From Zootoca vivipara (lineage: Eukaryota): 64,000 bases of DNA. Under the pieces are notes generated by a model. The model ran no database searches, had not been told where the DNA came from, and was given only the letters and a program-made list of their open reading frames with translations. Every line of letters starts with the position of its first letter. The stretch's first letter is position 1. The stretch lies in the NCBI RefSeq assembly GCF_963506605.1, contig NC_083289.1:30132001-30196000 (forward strand). Reading direction: 5' to 3'. The translations under genes were made by a program, and so were the position numbers. This document shows positions 10,201-20,400 of the stretch, piece by piece.

Positions 10201-13200
10201 AAAGAAATGAGTCTTCTTCAGTTGTTCTGTGACCTTACAAAGAGTTTCAGTTGTTTAGATTTCTGCAGCTAGACTAGAGTTTGGCTGGTGCCCTACCCAT
10301 ACCATTTATGCCAGCTTTTGCCAACTGGTGCCCTCCAGATGCTTTGGACACCTACCGGTAGGCAGCACAGCTAGTTGATGGGAATTGTAGTCCATACAAG
10401 GCACCAGGTTGGCAAAGGCCGCTCTATACACACATACACCAAGGATGCATGGCTACCTCCTTCCCACTGAGTTATCTTTGGATGGCCAAAGCAGGCGCCT
10501 CTCAGGAACATGCAGACTAGGTAATCCCCCCCCCCCCCGCAGGGAGGTTCCTTCACAGTACCACTCTTTTAGTTCAGTTCACTTATCTTGTGTACATTCT
10601 TTTCCAGTTATTTTCTCCTCTCAGTTTTGCTTCATAGTCAGTCACCCTTTGGACATTGTCCTTTTGGTATGTGCTGAGCTTTTTGGCCCAGTCAATTGTC
10701 TTCTTTCTGAAGTGAGAGAATTGTAGCAGTCGCAACCTGTCTCCTGGGTTTTGGAGAGTCTCATCAACACATGCAAGCACTATTATACCTTCACCAAGCA
10801 GTTAAACTACATTATTTGCTCCCACAGGAGCAAACAGGAATTAGACAAATTTGTGGAGAATACAAAGGATATAAGTGGCTACTAGTCATGATGGGATGGC
10901 TGCATACTGCCTCTGGTGTCAGAGTTTGTTATACCTTTGAATGCCAGTTGCCAGAGAGCACAACTGGGGAAAGTTTCTGCTTTTGCACTCAGGTCCTACT
11001 TTTGGGCTTCCCATTGGGGCACGATTAAGAACAGGATGCTGACTTAGATGGACCCCCTTTGGACCGATGTAGCAGGGCAAATTATTATATCTGCTGGATT
11101 TTGAAATCGGATGTCAGGAAAGAATCTTAGCAACAAGAAACCATTTGCTTCTCCCTTTCCCGGTCCAGGTACCATAACTAAATCCAACCAGGTGCTGTTT
11201 CTCCATGCATATGCCTACGACGGTGTGATGTTTGAGAAAGGGGTTGAGTGCTCCACTTGCAAAGTGAGGAAACCTGCCCGATCCAAGCACTGTGGTGAGT
11301 TTATATTATAATTATTCCCACATGACGGTGTTTGTGTGTCAAGATCTGCCTTGGAGGCCGTCCATTTATGGATCCCACCATCATGGGCAGTGAGGCAGGT
11401 AGCAGCTGGAGACAGGGCCTTCTTTGTGGAGGTCCTTCAGCTCTTGTGGTATACCTCAGAAAATTAGAATTTCATCAAAAAGTGCATTTATTTCAGTAAT
11501 GCAACTTACTATTTTTTATTTTTCTTTTAATTTTTACAAATGCTTTCTTTTGGAAATTCCACAGTAATAAAACAAATAGTTACAATAATACAAAAGTAAA
11601 CAAAAATAAACATCGCTATTATGGTACATTTCATTAATTACATTCCATTTATAATTGACCCACCTAACGACAAATAATTAGAATTACAACAAATAAAGGC
11701 TTGCCATATCTTGCTTTGCATGTCATGCATCTATCTCATGTATTGGTTTTACCTTTTAAGTTGCATTACTGAAATAAATGCACTTTTTGACGATATTCTA
11801 ATTTTTCAAGTTTCACCTGTAGTCGTTAGGAGCAATGGACTCGTAACCTGGTGAACCGGGTTCGATTCCCCGCTCCTCCACATGCAGCTGCTGGGTGACC
11901 TTGGGCTAGTCACACTTTGAAGTCTCTCAGCCTCAGTCACATCACAGAGTGTTTGTTGTGGGGGAGGAAGGGAAAGGAAATTGTTTGAGATTCCTTAGGG
12001 TAGTGATAAGATGGGATATCAAATCCAAACTCTTCTTCTTGAACTCTTTCCCAAGAGAGGCTCACCTGACACCAGTTAATGTCCTTTTGGCACAGGATGG
12101 AAACCCTTTCCCCTGGTCTTCTCTGGATGGTGTGTGGGTGGTCCCAAGTTCAAGCATGGGATAAGGCCAGTCCCAAGGATGGGCTGGTCACATGACATAG
12201 AATTGTTAAACACCACTCCTGTCACTCCACCTCCTCTTATTTTGCTTTCCAGAGCAGATGGGTGTCTATTGGGTCTTTCATTGTCATGTAATAATCTGAC
12301 CATCTATGTTGATGAGTCTTGACAGAACTTTTGGTTGTTTTTATTCTGTTCAATTTGTGTTGTAAACCACTCTTGAGAACATTTGTGTTGAAAAGCAGGA
12401 TGTTAATGCTGTTTTAGTAATTTATTTATTTGTTAAATTTGTTTCCTGGGACCTTCTAGTATTAAAAGGGTTTGCTCATCCTGGCATCTGTTTCTGCTCT
12501 GGCCCTAAATTCCTTGTATCCACTGTGTCCTTTTTCTAGGGTGACCCATCCCATTTTGCCACCTGAGGCAAAACAAGAAGGTGGCACCCTGCATTTCTGC
12601 TGCCCGCCCCCCACTTACCATGCCTGCTGAAGCCCCGCTTACAGAGGTCACGCAGTTGAGGGCTCTGGTTCCAGTGAGAACCTCACGAAATCATGCAGAG
12701 GCCTCACACGACCTTCCCCAGACCCCAGCTGTCTTGCTTAACAGAGGCCTCTGCGGGCCCCCTGCAACCCAGAAGCTGCCACAGCCACAGATGTGCCCCT
12801 TGGATTCTGCCACCTGAGGTGACTGCCTCAGCCTGCCTGATGGCCCTGCCTTTTTAAAATGTCAAACACCCCCTCACCATCTGCCTTTAGCTCTGCTCTC
12901 ACCCTGTGCATTGCTGGAGGCCTCTTCAGAAGAGATTTTGCACCAGGAGACCTGCCACATGTGGTCTAATTGGGTCAAAAATCTTTTATTTGGTTTGCTG
13001 CTTTCTTTCCCTCCACCCATTCGCCCACCTTCCCCTTTGAACAATGGGGCTGTTACAAGAGACCCATGCCTGGTTTTTCATTTGTTTGTTTGTTTTAACT
13101 GGTATGTTTTAAACTCAGGAGGGTTATTGGTTGGTTTCTTGATAACCAGAACATCATGACCTTTCTTCTGGCTTTGATCAGGTGTGTGCAACAGCTGCGT

Positions 13201-14621
13201 GCATCGTTTTGATCACCATTGTGTTTGGGTCAACAATTGCATTGGTGCCTTCAACATCAGATACTTCCTGCTCTATCTCCTTACCTTGACCTCCATGGCT
13301 GTTTCCATCGCAGTCTTAACAGCCACTTTCCTCATCCAGGTGGTCCTTCTGTCAAATATGATGCAGGGCTATTACACAGATGACCAAGGCCTGGAGCGCC
13401 CGATTGATGCCTTCTTCCTTATTCAGGTAAAAGTTGACAAAATGATGTGGGCTGTACCCAACTAAATCCTGCTCAGAGTAGCCCTGTTGCAATTAATGGA
13501 ACAGTAATTTCAGTGGGCCTGCTCTGAGCAGGGTTTAGTTGGATACAACCCTTAATTTCTGATGCCTTCATCTGTATGTAGCCGGGGACTCCCTTGAAGG
13601 GAACAAATTTACTGTTGTGCAAGCTTTTGCTGAAAGGGTCTCACTTCTTCCGATCTGCAGAACAGATTTCAAAGCTTGAATGAAATTTAATCAAAAGAAT
13701 CATTAATTTGGAGACTAAATGTGCCCTTCTGACATTGACATTAAATTAACCTGCTTTTATTATCATGGAGTGGGATCCAGCTAAACAGTTCCACTAGTCG
13801 CAAGCACTTTGGATGCACAGTGGAACTTCCTTTTTCCCACCTACCCTCTAAAGCTTGAGGCTTGGGGTGACCCCCAGAACAAATATAGGGGATGCATGGG
13901 GGGGTGGGATTCCATTGTGCAGTCAAAAATGCTAGCAATAGTGAAACTGTTCAGATGGATACCACCCAAGAAACTAATAGTATGCACCTTTTTGAGAATA
14001 GTTGTTTTACAAAGCTACTTAGATGTGGCTTTGTCTTTCTTTGATATAAGGGCTACTGGTACTAAAAGCAAAAGGCAAGTGCATACTGTATGGTGATCAG
14101 AGGAACTATGGTTAATCTGGGATTTCTTAGTAAAAAAAAAAGCTAAAATTCAAATTACTATCAATATAAAAGCTAAATTTCAAATTATTCAAGTTAAGAT
14201 GCAAACCTTCTGATCACATTGATCAGAGTGCAGTATAGACAAGCTGTCCACCATTGAAGGAAGAAGTAGGTACATGAACCACCAGGACAGGCGGGTTGGG
14301 ATATTCTTTGTGCATTTTGACTCCAGCTGGGTATTTTTCTCTTTGCAGCACCTCTTTCTGACCTTCCCAAGGATCGTGTTCATGCTGGGCTTTGTCGTTG
14401 TCCTTTCAATTGTACTGGGCTCCTATTTTTGTTTTACTCTGTATCTGATCCTGACCAACCAGACAAGCAACGAGTGGTTCAAGTCAGCAAGGTATAAATG
14501 TTCATCTTCAGAGGATGACACCAGGCAGATGGGTTACAAAAATATTTATTCTAGAGGCATCCAGGGCAACATCACAGAAATTCTTAAGCCAATTATGAGC
14601 CCTGAAAAAAAGCAAAGGTGA
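7177..14621 (+). CDS. ZDHHC4: Palmitoyltransferase ZDHHC4, spliced CDS join(7177..7299,8242..8315,9880..10058,11169..11294,13182..13426,14349..14621), 339 aa
   Basis: N-terminus [10 protein letters not shown]; DHHC cysteine-rich domain [15 protein letters not shown]...[16 protein letters not shown]; TNQTSNEW motif; C-terminal KKxx (EKKQR). All introns are GT-AG with matching phases; total 1020 nt. Confidence 0.95.
8242..8315 (+). CDS. ZDHHC4: ZDHHC4 coding exon 2
   Basis: gtag|GTG...AAACG|gtact; [25 protein letters not shown]; phase 0 to 2. Confidence 0.88.
8987..9235 (+). mobile_element. hAT-type MITE family A
   Basis: CAGGGGTCAGCAAAC...GTTTGGGAACCCTG; flanking direct repeat caaattatt. Confidence 0.85.
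9351..9640 (-). mobile_element. Penelope-like retroelement terminal fragment with a minimal hammerhead motif (9442-9479)
   Basis: GTAGCCGTGTTGGTCTG...CTTAGAGACC...AGCTTT-stem-CTTCTTCAGATAC layout typical of reptile Penelope ends. Confidence 0.7.
9880..10058 (+). CDS. ZDHHC4: ZDHHC4 coding exon 3
   Basis: tgcag|AAAC...CCAG|gtaag; [27 protein letters not shown]...TNPG. Confidence 0.93.
11169..11294 (+). CDS. ZDHHC4: ZDHHC4 coding exon 4
   Basis: ccag|GT...TGTG|gtgag; TITKSNQ...YDGVMF...[15 protein letters not shown]. Confidence 0.95.
11453..11820. mobile_element. Tc1/mariner-like MITE with ~50-bp inverted repeats
   Basis: 11459-11507 is the reverse complement of 11756-11805; right end ...TTTCACCTG|TA. 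Confidence 0.75.
11821..12040 (+). mobile_element. tRNA-derived squamate SINE (Squam3-like) with (CTT)n tail
   Basis: A-box remnant TAGTCGTTAGGAGC, B box GGTTCGATTCCC, core GGGTGACCTTGGGCTAGTCAC, tail ctcttcttctt. Confidence 0.7.
13182..13426 (+). CDS. ZDHHC4: ZDHHC4 coding exon 5 (DHHC catalytic motif)
   Basis: atcag|GT...ATTCAG|gtaaa; [28 protein letters not shown]. Confidence 0.96.
14349..14621 (+). CDS. ZDHHC4: ZDHHC4 last coding exon
   Basis: ttgcag|CAC...TGA; [15 protein letters not shown]...NQTSNEW...NIYSRG...EKKQR*; AATAAA at 14690-14695. Confidence 0.94.
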   Translation, partial: HLFLTFPRIVFMLGFVVVLSIVLGSYFCFTLYLILTNQTSNEWFKSARYKCSSSEDDTRQMGYKNIYSRGIQGNITEILKPIMSPEKKQR

Positions 14622-15145
14622 CTTGCCATTGACAGTAGTGGACTGTACAAATCTTAAGTTTTTAATCTCAGCACAAAAGTCCTAGGCAAAATAAATCTAG
14701 TGCAAGGGTAGTCAATGTGATGCCCATGGGCATCCAGTGTGCCTGATACTACCTACCTCTTATGGCCACAGGCTCTTAAGGGGCCAGTGAAAGGTCTTAG
14801 TTCCCATTACAATGCTCAGAGAGGGTATTTGCTCTTTCTGAGCATTTTCTGTTTGCACTGTCTTTGCCTATCCTTCAGTGGCTGGCAGAACTGGATATAG
14901 TGGTCTTGGAAGTGCTCTTGGAAGTGGCAGCCATCTCCAAATGTGCCTCCTGGCCCCAAAAGGTTAGTGACTCCTGCCCCCAACTGTTGAGTCACCCTTG
15001 CAAGCAAGCCCCAACTTACCAGTGCAACTGAAGTAAACATACCTGTTTACTGCTAGTGTCTGCCTGAAATGGGAGCTGAAGCTGCCATTTGTGGTAGGGA
15101 CAAGGAACAAACCTCTAGAATACTGCACTGCAGATGGTTGGACTA

Positions 15146-16284
15146 CCGTGTTTCTCCGAAAATAAGACGTAGCCATAAAATAAGACGTATCAGTTTTTTA
15201 AAGCATTCAAGGAATATAAGTCATACCCCGAAAATAAGACATACCCGGTAGTGATAGGCGCAGCAGCAACACCGGCCACGGCAGGAAGAGGAGGCCTGCC
15301 AGGTCATCGCCCGGAACCGGCTGCTGCTGCAGCGCCGACAAAGCACCCAGCAGCACCGCACCGTATGGAGCCCCGAGCCAACAGGACACAACAGCAGCAG
15401 CAGCACCGTGCAGAGCCCTGAGCTAGTGGGACCCAGCAGCACGAGGAGCACTGCGCTGCGCCAGTGGGACCCAGCAGCAGCGCCACGCCGAGCCCCAAAG
15501 CAGCGCCGCATGTAGCCCCGAGCCAGCAGCGCCGAGCCCTGAAGCAGCGCCTGCGCCGAGCCCCGAAGCAGTGCCGCCACAAGCCAGCAGCAGTGCCACG
15601 CGTAGCCTCGAGCCAGTGGGACCCAGCAGCATCAGCGCCACACCAAGCCCCGAAGCAGCACTGCACGTAGCCCCGAGCCAGTGGGACCCAGCAGCAGCAG
15701 CGCCGCACATAGCCCCGCGCATGACCCGGCAGCAGCGCTATGCCGCACCCCGAAGCAGCGCCGCACCCCTAAGTAGCGTTGCGTCGCGCCCCAAAGCAGT
15801 CCCCCGCCCCGAGCCAGCGGGAGCCTGCAGCAACGCTGTGCCGAGCCCCGAAGCAGCACTGCGCCATGCCTAGCCCCAAGCCAGTAGCGCCGCATGTAGC
15901 CCCTAAGTAGCACTGTGCCGCGCCATGCCCCAAAGCAGCGCCGCACGTAGCCCTGAGCCAGCGGGACCCAGCAGCAGCAGCAGCGCCACACCAAGCCCTG
16001 AAGCAGCGCCGCGTCATGCGTAGGCCCAAGCCAGCAGCTGGTTTCTTCACATATTGTCAGTACCGGTAGTGAAGTGGGTATCTCCCCCTCCCATGGCTTT
16101 CACCACTTTGAACAGGGGACTTGCTAGGCTGTTCACCAGGTTCCAGGGGACTCTATACTATATGTGTGTGTGTGTGTATACACACACACACACACACACA
16201 CAGAGGGAGAAAGACATCCCCTGAAAATAAGCCACTGTGTTTTTGAGGAAAAATATAAGGTGTCTTATTTTCAGAGAAACACGG
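15146..16284. mobile_element. Non-autonomous TcMar (Tc2-like) element carrying a GC-rich minisatellite, inserted in a CR1 tail
   Basis: TIR CCGTGTTTCTCCGAAAATAAGAC / GTCTTATTTTCAGAGAAACACGG; TA TSD; subterminal AAAATAAG repeats. Confidence 0.85.
15260..16040. repeat. GC-rich minisatellite built from AGCCCCGAGCCAGTGGGACCCAGCAGCAGCGCCGC and AGCCCCGAAGCAGCGCCGC modules
   Basis: Many degenerate tandem copies; accounts for the overlapping low-complexity ORFs. Confidence 0.85.
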
Positions 16285-17081
16285 TAAGATGATCCTCATG
16301 GTCCCTTCCAATTCTATGATTCTGCTTAGGAGCCCCAAGCCCCTGCTTGCTTCTTGAGACTTTAGGCATTACCCTAGTTTCCAGTCATAAGAACTACCGT
16401 AGAAACTTGTTAACTGGAATAATCCAAGGCTACTGACTGCTTTTGCACTACTAACATTCATTTAATCTGTAGGATAAGAGAAGTGACAGCTACTTTTTAC
16501 CAAAACAAAAAACAAATAACCAGCTTTCATCTAATAATAGCTCTCTTTTTATTACATCAGAATTTTGTAGAAAATTATGTATTTTAAAAACATTTACAAA
16601 CTGTACAATAAGCAATTAAATGTTACATGGTTACAAAATGTACATTGTGGTCTTTATGTAGCAGTTGCAGGATATTAAGATAACCTGTGTTCCTGTATAG
16701 TAAAGCATTTTCAAACTTTTCTTTAAAGTTTGCATCCATTATCAGTAGCTTACATTCCATGCCTTATATGGACTTACATATGAAAGGCAAGTAGGTGCCC
16801 CAGAAAAGAGGCCTCTGGTTGCATGGCATAGTTTAATTTCCCTGCAAATCCCCCCACCCTTTCTTCTCCCCCCGCTAAGCTAAGATTAAAGTGCTTTGCT
16901 CCATCACTGCCTGATTTCAACAAGCAGCAGCTGAGCACAAGTGCTATGAGGACACTAGTCATCGAGCCCTTTTAAACCACCAGAGTGCCCCGACCCCATG
17001 TGACATTTTCCACAGTGCTGAAGACCACCCACGGGGCAGCCCCCAGAGATTAAATGCAGATATGGCTCTCTCTCCCCTGGT

Positions 17082-17435
17082 CTAGACTATAACAGTCTGA
17101 ACCTCCACTTCCTCCTCCTGGGTGGCAATCACAAACTCCCCCGAGTGCTCCATTATTTCAATGTCTTCAGATGCCACCATTGTCACTGTTGCCTCTTCAA
17201 CCTCGCTGCTCCCCTCTGTGGCCAACACAGCTCCTTCACCAATGGCTGAAGCTAGCGTCATGGCAACCTGCTCCGTGAGACTCTCGGGAGTTGCTATGGC
17301 AATTGTGTCTGTGTCTGTGCCATCGGGTGTCAAGGCAGAACTTTCTGCCACAGTGACATTCTGGACAATAATCTGATGGCCAGAATTCGCTTGGTTTACA
17401 ATCTGCTGAACTACTTTCATGATGTGACTGTCAAC
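17082..17435 (-). CDS. E4F1: E4F1 last coding exon
   Basis: gcag|GTT; VDSHIMKVVQQIVNQANSGHQIIVQNV...EVQTVIV*; minus-strand AATAAA at 16548-16553 followed by a U-rich tract. Confidence 0.95.
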   Translation of the reverse strand, partial: VDSHIMKVVQQIVNQANSGHQIIVQNVTVAESSALTPDGTDTDTIAIATPESLTEQVAMTLASAIGEGAVLATEGSSEVEEATVTMVASEDIEIMEHSGEFVIATQEEEVEVQTVIV

Positions 17436-20400
17436 CTGCATGGAAGGAAGGAAATACACCAATGATTCAAAGCCAGATTTGCACCCACTGTACCAGAGTC
17501 ACTGCATGTGTAGTTTGAGTCAGAGAGAGGATGTACGCCTGGCGTACATTTTCATGAACATCAGCCTTCCCCAATGTGGTGCCCTCCAAATGTTTCAGAA
17601 TACAACTCCCAGCCAGCACAGCCACTCTCTTAAAAATGTGTCCAGAGAGAAAGAAACAAAAACCATGGAGCCAAAAAGCCCTAACGGAGCTTCATTGTCA
17701 GCTGCTTGACAATTAACAGATGTTAGTTCCTTTCACCTATTCTATAAAGTGCAAAGGAATATATAAGTGGACACAAATCTGACATGCAGTCCAGCTCCAA
17801 ACTAGCAAGTTCTTCCCTCCTCCAACAAACTAACAGATGGGGTATGAAGAGTCCAAAGATGGGGAAGAGAAGAGAAAATACAGAGTTTGGCAATGGCTCT
17901 TGCTTTAAGATCAGAGTCACTTTAAGACCAAAGCACTTGCTTTTCTTTCTCAGTGCCAGGAACTGGGGAAGCTCTCCTCTCTGAAAGGGGATGTGGAACT
18001 TGGAGAAGTGGACACAGAGCACCTGTGTTGCATACAGAAAATTCAATCCCTGGTGGGTGGCAAAGACCTTTTTTTCTGCCCTAGATCCTGGAGGGCAGAC
18101 CTGATAGAAAGCAGCTTCCTAGATCCACTCTCCCACCCAAGAAGGTATTATACAGGCTACAGAGTCTTTTGTGTGTGTGTATTTACTACAAAGATGTCTC
18201 TTGTTAATTTTATCAATGAATTAATCACTTCAAGCTTTAAAGATTTTAGTAGCAAGGATTGTAAGGAGCCTCTTCAGGGAGAGCAACCCACCGTATTTTT
18301 TCGGACCATAACACGCACTTTCCCCCTCCTAAAATGGAAGGGGAAAAGTCGCTGCGTGTTATGGAGCGAATGTCAGAGCCAGAGCCCTGCAAAGAGCCAG
18401 AACCAGAGCCCCGCAATAGCCAGAGCCCGGCACAGCGGGAAACCGGCTCTCTGGCTGCTTCCGTGACAGCAAGCGAGGTGAGAGGAGAGACGGAAGGGAG
18501 CCCCTTCTGCCCCTCCTCCCAGCTTCCATCCTTCCTTTCTCCCCCCCTCTCCCCTCCTTCCCTTTTCACCCCTTCCTTCCTTGTCTCTCTTTCTCTCTCT
18601 CACCCCTTCCTTCCCTTCCTCCTTCTTCCTACTTGAATGAAATATTGGGGGGGCAGGTAAGCCCCACCTCACATACCGTATCAGCCTCCCCCCGCCTCCG
18701 CCACGTTCAGTGAGAAGCGGGGGGGGGGCAGTGGAGGCATGCTGCTCGTCCTTACCCGCCATCCCCCGCTGCCTCCTTCGCTCCCCCTTCATCGCTCCCC
18801 CTCCCAGCCTTTTAGAGGAGGAAAACCAGGGAAATTTTTTTTCTTGTTTCCCTCCTCAAAAAAAACCTATGTGCGTGTTATGGTCCGGTACGTGTTATGG
18901 TCCGAAAAATACGGTACCTCATGCCTTGTCCCTTCTATGATTTCAGCAGCTTCCGTGGTTTCCATCTCTTCGGTAGCTGTCTAAAAGAGAGAGAACACAG
19001 ATTTTTCCTAAATCAGGAACTTAACTTTGCAGTGTAATCACATGCAGGTAATGTCCTCAGGAATGCTCTTTGTTCCAGGCACAATCCACCACATACCTTC
19101 TGCTATGCCTCTCAGGCTCAGCCAGCAGAGCCACAGGATGCTGGTGCTTATGAAAATGGTTCAAAAATAGAAGGAACCGGGTTGGTGAAGCCTATTCTAT
19201 TCACAAGCGCTTGACAGATTTATAGTCTGGCTCTCGATGCCCCTGGACAAACCACAACTGAAAACCACCCGCCAACCCTGAAGATTCTCCCTCAGTGCTG
19301 CTCAGTTACCTCAATGATGTACTCTTGCGTATCTGCCACCACCGAAGAGAACTCCACAAGGACTGTAGGAGGATCTTCAGAAATGACCGTTGCAGCCAAA
19401 TTGTCAGCAGACTGAACTTCCTCCGACAGAGCTTCTTCTTCAGCTTCTTTCAAGGCAAGCAGACAGCCACCTAGTTGAAGGATACGGTAACTTGTCAAAT
19501 TAAAATAATTTCTGGATCCATGTTCAATCCTGACATGCTCAAGTCTCTTATCAAAATATCCTCTGTCTAAAAAAGAAAAGAAACCCTCTGTGCCAAGGAA
19601 TGCCAAATTCTTGCCCCCACTGTTTGCAAATATAGCATGTTTCCTTATTCTGGATTATTTGTTCAGGGAGCAACGAACTATTATATAATATTTTAAAATA
19701 TTAAGCCATTTATACATGCTTTTAAACAAATACTCAGCCACTACAAGAAATCCAGTTCTCCCCACCACCATAGATCAAAAGATCAACCAATATTCTGACT
19801 TCTAGAATTTTCACCAGGAAGATTCTGCACCCACCTTCCAACCCCTTGGCCTCTAAATGTTATAGCACTCTACAGAAATGGGGGATGCGGTTGCCACAAA
19901 GCTGCTCCTATTCTAGAAGCTAGCACATGTTGCCCTTGGCTCCAGCTTGCATTTTACATGAAAAGAGACAGCTCCCTTACCTTTGGTCCTCAGGTGCCTG
20001 TTGAGGGTGCCATGCTCTGCAAAACCACGGCCACATTTGTAACACTTGAAGGGCTTCTCTCCTGTGTGGTGGCGGATGTGGCGCACCAGGGAACCCTTTT
20101 CCCGAAATCCCTGACTGCAGAACTGGCAGATGTATGGTTTGTCATCGAGGTGTGTCCGATAATGCACCTGCTGGGCATTCTGCAGGAGAGGAGAGCATGG
20201 AAGTCATGAGTGAACATAGACAAACGCAGCAAACTTCCTACACTGGACCTCCTGAGCAGACAGAAGCATCCATTGCACACCAGTCTTAAGAGTAAAAAAA
20301 ATTAAAATCATCTGCTTCACTTTGAACACTTCACAAAGCTTCTTGTCTGCCAAGAGCAGTTTTTAAAAATAAAGGACAGGTGACTCCAACGCACTGGAGG

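Noticed and set aside
15207-16050. Many overlapping Ala/Gly/Cys/Arg-rich ORFs on both strands
   Set aside because: Products of a GC-rich minisatellite inside a MITE; no splice context or recognisable domain.
15146-16284. Repeat array that could be mistaken for a CRISPR array
   Set aside because: Eukaryotic context, degenerate tandem units with no unique spacers, and no cas genes.
18246-18984. ORFs inside the last E4F1 intron
   Set aside because: Low-complexity MITE interior with purine/pyrimidine tracts.
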